Of a DNA stretch of 34,338 nucleotides, positions 9,561 through 13,727 are shown piece by piece. Under the pieces are notes generated by a model that was not told the origin of the DNA, ran no database searches, and saw nothing but the letters and a program-made list of their open reading frames with translations. The position numbers and the translations under genes are program-made. The stretch is from Candidatus Sungiibacteriota bacterium (lineage in GTDB: Bacteria > Patescibacteriota > Minisyncoccia > Sungbacterales > JACQCQ01). Position 1 is the first letter of the stretch, and each line of letters opens with the position of its first letter. The stretch is from positions 1 to 34,338 of the forward strand of contig JACOZA010000081.1 of NCBI GenBank assembly GCA_016181565.1, written 5' to 3'.

Positions 9561-9946
9561 AAACGCATGAGCTGAAAGCGGCGGCAGCCAATTACGCGCA
9601 ATTAATTGCGCTTTTTCTTTTGGGAGTTCTCTTTATATTGGCGGACTGGCTCTCGTCGTTTCCGCCCGGGTCTCTCTATCCCCAGTGGGATACGGCCGTG
9701 CACATGATTGCCGGAGCGCTCCTTATGATTACATTTACGCCCTATACCTCCAGCACTCGGAGCATTCTCTTAGCGGTCTTTAGTATTGCCGTCGCTTTCG
9801 AGATCGCTGAATTTTTCACGACACCCCTCTCGGATTACGGCAGTACTCGCGCCTACGTTATTGACACTATCCTGGATATCTCGGCGGCAGTCGTCGGCGC
9901 CTGGGCCGTCCACAAACTGTTTTTTAAGAGGTCGCCTCATGACTAG
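9557..9946 (+). CDS. Small integral membrane protein, about 4 TM helices, function unknown (weak VanZ-like flavour)
   Basis: ATGA start/stop overlap with the upstream transporter and hydrophobic helices throughout. The 3' end overlaps the metG start by 8 nt. Confidence 0.55.
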   Translation: MKTHELKAAAANYAQLIALFLLGVLFILADWLSSFPPGSLYPQWDTAVHMIAGALLMITFTPYTSSTRSILLAVFSIAVAFEIAEFFTTPLSDYGSTRAYVIDTILDISAAVVGAWAVHKLFFKRSPHD

Positions 9947-11387
9947 GAAGCCATATTTCATCACCACGCCGATTTACTACGTCAACGATGTTCCGCACAT
10001 CGGGCATGCGTATACGACGGTGGCGGCGGATGTCTACAGTCGCTTTCTCCGCGCACGCGGAGACGCGGCGGTCTTATTAGTTGGCACGGATGAGCACGGA
10101 GCCAAAATTGCCGAAGCTGCCGCCAAAGCCGGCAAAAAGCCGAAAGTATATGTTGACGAACTTGCCCAAGTGTTCCGCACGACGTGGGAAAAATTGAATA
10201 TTCAGTATGATCGTTTTATCCGCACGACCGATACTGATCATGAGGCGACCGTAAGGACATTTCTGCAAAAAATTTACGACAGCGGGTTTATCACCAAAGG
10301 GATTTATGAAGGGCTGTACTGCGTGGGGCACGAAAAGTTCATGTCGGCCGAGGAGCTGGTGGACGGCAAGTGCCCCGAGCATAATCGCGCTCCCCAGCCG
10401 TATAAAGAAGAAAATTATTTCTTCCTTCTGTCGAAGTTCAGAAAACAATTGATTGAGCAGATTGAAAATGAAGAAATCGAAATTCGGCCGCTTGAGCGCA
10501 AAAATGAAATTTTAGGAAAGATTCACCAAGGATTGCAGGATATTTCTATCTCGCGTGCGAGTGTACCCTGGGGCATACCCATGCCGTTTGATCCAACGCA
10601 TACGATTTATGTCTGGATTGACGCGTTAATTAACTACTATACGTATGGCAAGTTGAAAGGCACGTGGCCGGCCGATTTGCATCTCGTCGGAAAGGATATC
10701 CTTTGGTTCCATGCTGTCATCTGGCCAGCGCTGCTTATGGCCGCGGGCGAAGCGCCGCCTAAAAAAATTTTTGCGCACGGGTTTTTTACGATTGGAGGCT
10801 CGAAAATGTCGAAGACTCTCGGGAATGTGATAACTCCCCAGCAGCTAATCGATAAATTCGGCGTGGACGCCGCGCGGTATCTTTTATTGTCTGCTTTTCC
10901 TTTTGGAGCCGACGGTGATTTTGATTGGGCGCGGCTCATCGAGAAATATAACGCCGATTTGGCCAACGGCATCGGCAATTTGCATGCGCGCCTTACCACA
11001 TTGGCCGTCTCTCATGTCGGAATTGTATTAGGGTGGGATGATGAGTTAAGCGAAATACGTCGATTTCGGGGCAGATACGAAGCAGCGTTAGAGCAGCTGG
11101 ATTTTTATTTGGCAATCCAAGTCATTCAAGAGCTCATTTCGAAAGGAGATAAGCTTATGAATGAAAAAAGGCCCTGGGCTGTTGAAGGTGAGGCGCAAAA
11201 GAAAGAACTTCACGGCTTGCTGCAAATTCTTGCCGCGGTCGCATATTTCATGCATCCCTTCATGCCAGAAACCTCCGTAAAGATTTGGGGCTCGTTAGGA
11301 ATAGCAGAAATAAATGAATTCAAAAAGATGGGGAAGGCTGTTCTTAGGGTTCATAAAATAGAGAATCTCTTTCCTCGTATTCAATGA
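9939..11387 (+). CDS. metG: Methionyl-tRNA synthetase (short form)
   Basis: YFITTPIYYVNDVPHIGHAYTT (HIGH motif) and GGSKMSKTLGN (KMSKS). Start chosen at ATG 9939 (MTRKPYF). The 51 upstream codons of the track ORF overlap the previous gene and have no MetRS character. Confidence 0.93.
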   Translation: MTRKPYFITTPIYYVNDVPHIGHAYTTVAADVYSRFLRARGDAAVLLVGTDEHGAKIAEAAAKAGKKPKVYVDELAQVFRTTWEKLNIQYDRFIRTTDTDHEATVRTFLQKIYDSGFITKGIYEGLYCVGHEKFMSAEELVDGKCPEHNRAPQPYKEENYFFLLSKFRKQLIEQIENEEIEIRPLERKNEILGKIHQGLQDISISRASVPWGIPMPFDPTHTIYVWIDALINYYTYGKLKGTWPADLHLVGKDILWFHAVIWPALLMAAGEAPPKKIFAHGFFTIGGSKMSKTLGNVITPQQLIDKFGVDAARYLLLSAFPFGADGDFDWARLIEKYNADLANGIGNLHARLTTLAVSHVGIVLGWDDELSEIRRFRGRYEAALEQLDFYLAIQVIQELISKGDKLMNEKRPWAVEGEAQKKELHGLLQILAAVAYFMHPFMPETSVKIWGSLGIAEINEFKKMGKAVLRVHKIENLFPRIQ

Positions 11388-12226
11388 GTGCGCCGCGCCT
11401 AATTGACACTCACGCACACGTTCAGTTTCCGGTTTTTGCCGAGGATCGTGCCGAGGTAATTTCGCGTGCGCTGGATGTGGGGATTTGGATGGTGAATATT
11501 GGAACGCAGGAGTCCAGCTCGCGTGATGCGATAAAGTTATCCGAGAAATATTCCGCAGGAGTATACGCCTCGGTCGGATTTCATCCGGGGCATGTTGCGC
11601 CGCAATTTCATGACGCGTGGGAGAAAGAAAGCGTGGCCGAAGAAGTTTTTGATATCGCCAAACTCCGCGAGTTAGCGCAACATCCGAAAGTCGTGGGGAT
11701 TGGTGAGTGCGGACTGGATTACTACCGGTTAGGTGATAGGGAGCAGGTGATAGGGAGTGGCAACGAGATCAAGCTGGAACAAAAGGAAATCTTTCGAGCG
11801 CAGATTGAGATCGCCAAAGATTTTAAAAAACCCTTGATCATCCATTGCCGCGACGCATTTTCTGACCTCATCGAAATCCTGTCACCTGTTACCCATTCCC
11901 TGCTACCTAGTCCCGGCGTAATTCATTTCTTCAGCGGAACTCTCGAGGACGCGAAAGCGTTAATGAATCTTGGTTTTTATCTCGGTTTCGGCGGAGTGGT
12001 CACATTTGCCAAAGCATACGAAAAAATCGTTCGAGAAATTCCTCTGGAGCGAATCGTTTTGGAAACGGACGCCCCGTATGTGGCTCCCGTACCCTACCGC
12101 GGCAAGCGCAATGAGCCGCTCTATATTGAGGCAACCGCGGCCAAGATCGCTGAATGGAAAGAGGCCGATATAGCCGAGGTCAAGCGACAGACTACCCAGA
12201 ATGCCAAGGACCTCTTTGGTATTTGA
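11384..12226 (+). CDS. tatD: TatD-family metal-dependent hydrolase/DNase
   Basis: LIDTHAHVQF, GECGLDYY, PLIIHCRDA, IHFFSG and LETDAPY motifs. ATGA overlap with the metG stop. metG-tatD is a common conserved pairing. Confidence 0.9.
   Translation: MSAPRLIDTHAHVQFPVFAEDRAEVISRALDVGIWMVNIGTQESSSRDAIKLSEKYSAGVYASVGFHPGHVAPQFHDAWEKESVAEEVFDIAKLRELAQHPKVVGIGECGLDYYRLGDREQVIGSGNEIKLEQKEIFRAQIEIAKDFKKPLIIHCRDAFSDLIEILSPVTHSLLPSPGVIHFFSGTLEDAKALMNLGFYLGFGGVVTFAKAYEKIVREIPLERIVLETDAPYVAPVPYRGKRNEPLYIEATAAKIAEWKEADIAEVKRQTTQNAKDLFGI
11731..11758. repeat. In-frame 14-bp x2 (4 x 7) tandem repeat inside tatD
   Basis: AGGTGATAGGGAGC AGGTGATAGGGAGT. It encodes part of LGDREQVIGSG, an extra loop right after the conserved GLDYY motif. 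Confidence 0.85.
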
Positions 12227-12247
12227 AACTTTTTCGTCAGCTATTTC

Positions 12248-12277
12248 TTGACGTTAACTTAAACTTAACGATAGAGT
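12248..12277 (+). promoter_or_regulatory. Candidate sigma70-type promoter upstream of the RT gene
   Basis: TTGACG (12248-12253), 18-nt spacer, TAGAGT (12272-12277). Hexamer match only. Confidence 0.35.
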
Positions 12278-12400
12278 GTAGGCGCAGGTTAGCAGACGCA
12301 GCGTCCTTTCCAAGGAATGCCTCCGCAGATTGCTGCGGGGGACTGTTGATGCTGGCGGCTAGTCGGTCTGGAGGAAGATAAAGTTCAATGGTTTGAAAGC

Positions 12401-13504
12401 GTGTTGCAGCAGCGGCTCTCCGATCCTTACTGCTATCGAGCGAAGCAAATCCCAAAGCGGCTTGGAGGATTGAGGACGATTGATGTCCCATGCCCTCGTC
12501 TGAAAAAACTCCAGCGTCGGATCCATGATTTTCTCCTTCGGCGCCACTACCGTCCCTCAAGAATCTGTCATTCTTTCGTTGGCAAGTTCTATGATGTTGC
12601 GCGCCCCGCGAGAAAGCGCTGGATTCCCGGTCGTTCACTTTTCACAAATGCGTGGGTGCATCTTGGTGTCCCGCCTGGAGTCTCGCCGCGGAGCAAATCA
12701 CGGAGGATTCACTGGCGCATCCCGCGTTCGCTCTTCAGTGTTGACCTTAAAGACGCCTATCCTTCCATCGGCGTTGATCATGTCTTCCGTATCTACCAGG
12801 AGCTGACAGGAGATCCCTGGACGGCGCAGATCCTTTCAACCCTATCTACTTGGAACGGCAGTTTGCCGCAGGGAGCCCCGACCTCGCCGCTCCTTCTCAA
12901 CTTCGCCTGCCGTGAACTGGACGGGGCGCTGGCACATGAGTTTACGCGCGGACCCTATCGCCTGACGCGCTATGTCGATGATTTCGTGCTGACGTCTACA
13001 GATCCCGAGATCAGCGAAGCGACGCGAGAGCGGTTCGTCGCTATCATTGAGCAGCACGGTTTCAAGATAAATCAGGCGAAGACATGTTACTGGCGTGATA
13101 CAGATCGCGCGCTCCGCGTAACGGGCATCAATCTCTTTCCGCAGGAGCGACACATTGGACTTCCCAACGTCGTCCAGAGGCAATTCCGCGCCGCGCTCTA
13201 CTACGCGCTAAAGTCGCTTGAGTCTATTCACGCCTATGCTTTGCAACGCGGAGTGCTCGACGAAACAACGGCCATGTCTCTCCGCGGCGCCGAGAAACAG
13301 GCCTGGGGGCTTATCTACGGCGTCATTGGTTTTACGTATCAGGTCTACGGCGCAAAGATCCCGCGGCCAATCTACGCATGGATTCCCGAGTTGACCGCGA
13401 GGACCGGCGTCACGTCCGATACGTTGGTCGCAAAGATTAAGAAATATCCTCCCATTGCCGCGATCCAGCAGATCGGCGAGGAGATCATCGGAAGTTCCCC
13501 ATAG
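12401..13504 (+). CDS. Reverse transcriptase, retron-type (RT domain only)
   Basis: RT blocks occur in order: IPKRLGGLRTIDVP, SLFTNAWVH (NAxxH), SVDLKDAYPSI, LPQGAPTSPLLLNF, RYVDDFVLT (YxDD), GFKINQAKT, ALRVTGINLF (VTG). The frame contains no ATG before the motifs. The first in-frame start is GTG 12401 (TTG 12404 follows), so the start is uncertain. Confidence 0.85.
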   Translation: MLQQRLSDPYCYRAKQIPKRLGGLRTIDVPCPRLKKLQRRIHDFLLRRHYRPSRICHSFVGKFYDVARPARKRWIPGRSLFTNAWVHLGVPPGVSPRSKSRRIHWRIPRSLFSVDLKDAYPSIGVDHVFRIYQELTGDPWTAQILSTLSTWNGSLPQGAPTSPLLLNFACRELDGALAHEFTRGPYRLTRYVDDFVLTSTDPEISEATRERFVAIIEQHGFKINQAKTCYWRDTDRALRVTGINLFPQERHIGLPNVVQRQFRAALYYALKSLESIHAYALQRGVLDETTAMSLRGAEKQAWGLIYGVIGFTYQVYGAKIPRPIYAWIPELTARTGVTSDTLVAKIKKYPPIAAIQQIGEEIIGSSP

Positions 13505-13545
13505 CGCCCCCGTTCGGTTTATCCGAATCGGGGCGTTATCTTTTG
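13505..13545 (+). terminator. Intrinsic terminator after the RT gene
   Basis: The CGCCCCCGTTCGG / CCGAATCGGGGCG stem has 11 WC pairs, 1 GU and 1 mismatch, with loop TTTAT. It is followed by TTATCTTTTG and starts 1 nt after the RT stop codon. Confidence 0.7.
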
Positions 13546-13546
13546 C

Positions 13547-13575
13547 TTGAAGAGTGGGATTTTGGCTTGTATAGT
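13547..13575 (+). promoter_or_regulatory. Candidate sigma70-type promoter for the leuS leader
   Basis: TTGAAG (13547-13552), 17-nt spacer, TATAGT (13570-13575). The -10 ends 8 nt before ATG 13584. Confidence 0.5.
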
Positions 13576-13580
13576 GAGTT

Positions 13581-13727
13581 GGTATGCCCGGTAGTGAAAA
13601 CCCGATTGGCATCTTTCCGGATGCCAGTGGGGCCTCACCTTGGCTTCTTTGTTAGTCTGTTTGTGTCATAGTTTATGATAAGGACAATTTATATACTTAT
13701 GTATCCAGTTTCTACTACCGGGTATGC
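13581..13727. repeat. ~134-bp segment bounded by 9-nt terminal inverted repeats and a 7-nt direct duplication (MITE-like footprint or structured leader)
   Basis: GGTATGC occurs at 13581-13587 and again at 13721-13727. CCCGGTAGT (13587-13595) is the exact reverse complement of ACTACCGGG (13714-13722). An internal hairpin pairs TGGCATC and GATGCCA (13607-13626). Confidence 0.6.
13584..13655 (+). CDS. Possible 23-codon upstream ORF in the leuS leader (MPGSENPIGIFPDASGASPWLLC)
   Basis: Its ATG sits in the same GGTATGC context as the leuS ATG, 8 nt after a -10 box. It ends with CTT CTT TGT TAG. There is no homology evidence. Confidence 0.2.
   Translation: MPGSENPIGIFPDASGASPWLLC

Noticed and set aside
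9786-9938. N-terminal extensions proposed by the ORF track for metG (9786), the M16 peptidase (7145) and glyA (17285)
   Set aside because: The extensions overlap an upstream gene, a repeat spacer or the duplicated junction. They lack homology to the respective families, and canonical N-termini begin at internal ATGs (9939, 7226, 17357).
11721-11728. ACTACCGG in tatD, and CCGGTAGT at 29925-29932, as further copies of the leuS-leader terminal repeat
   Set aside because: About one such 8-mer match is expected by chance in 34 kb counting both strands. The tatD copy simply encodes the conserved DYYR motif, and there is no partner repeat nearby.
12401-13504. RT as a group II intron maturase, a DGR RT or an Abi/UG RT
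   Set aside because: No maturase X or endonuclease domain and no intron RNA domains V/VI are evident. No template/variable repeat pair and no IGxxxSQ-type block are present (it has QGAPTSP instead). The NAxxH and VTG motifs favour the retron class. Formal phylogeny is still needed.
12237-13612. Minus-strand ORFs (133, 113 and 134 aa) opposite the RT leader, the RT gene and the leuS leader, considered as possible hidden effectors
   Set aside because: They have no recognisable domains, no plausible start context and an Arg/Ser-rich shadow-frame composition. This cannot be fully excluded without expression data.
13546-13723. T-box riboswitch upstream of leuS
   Set aside because: I could not find the conserved T-box sequence (AANNNGGGTGGNACCGCG-like) or the AGAGA/GNUGNA elements of stem I.
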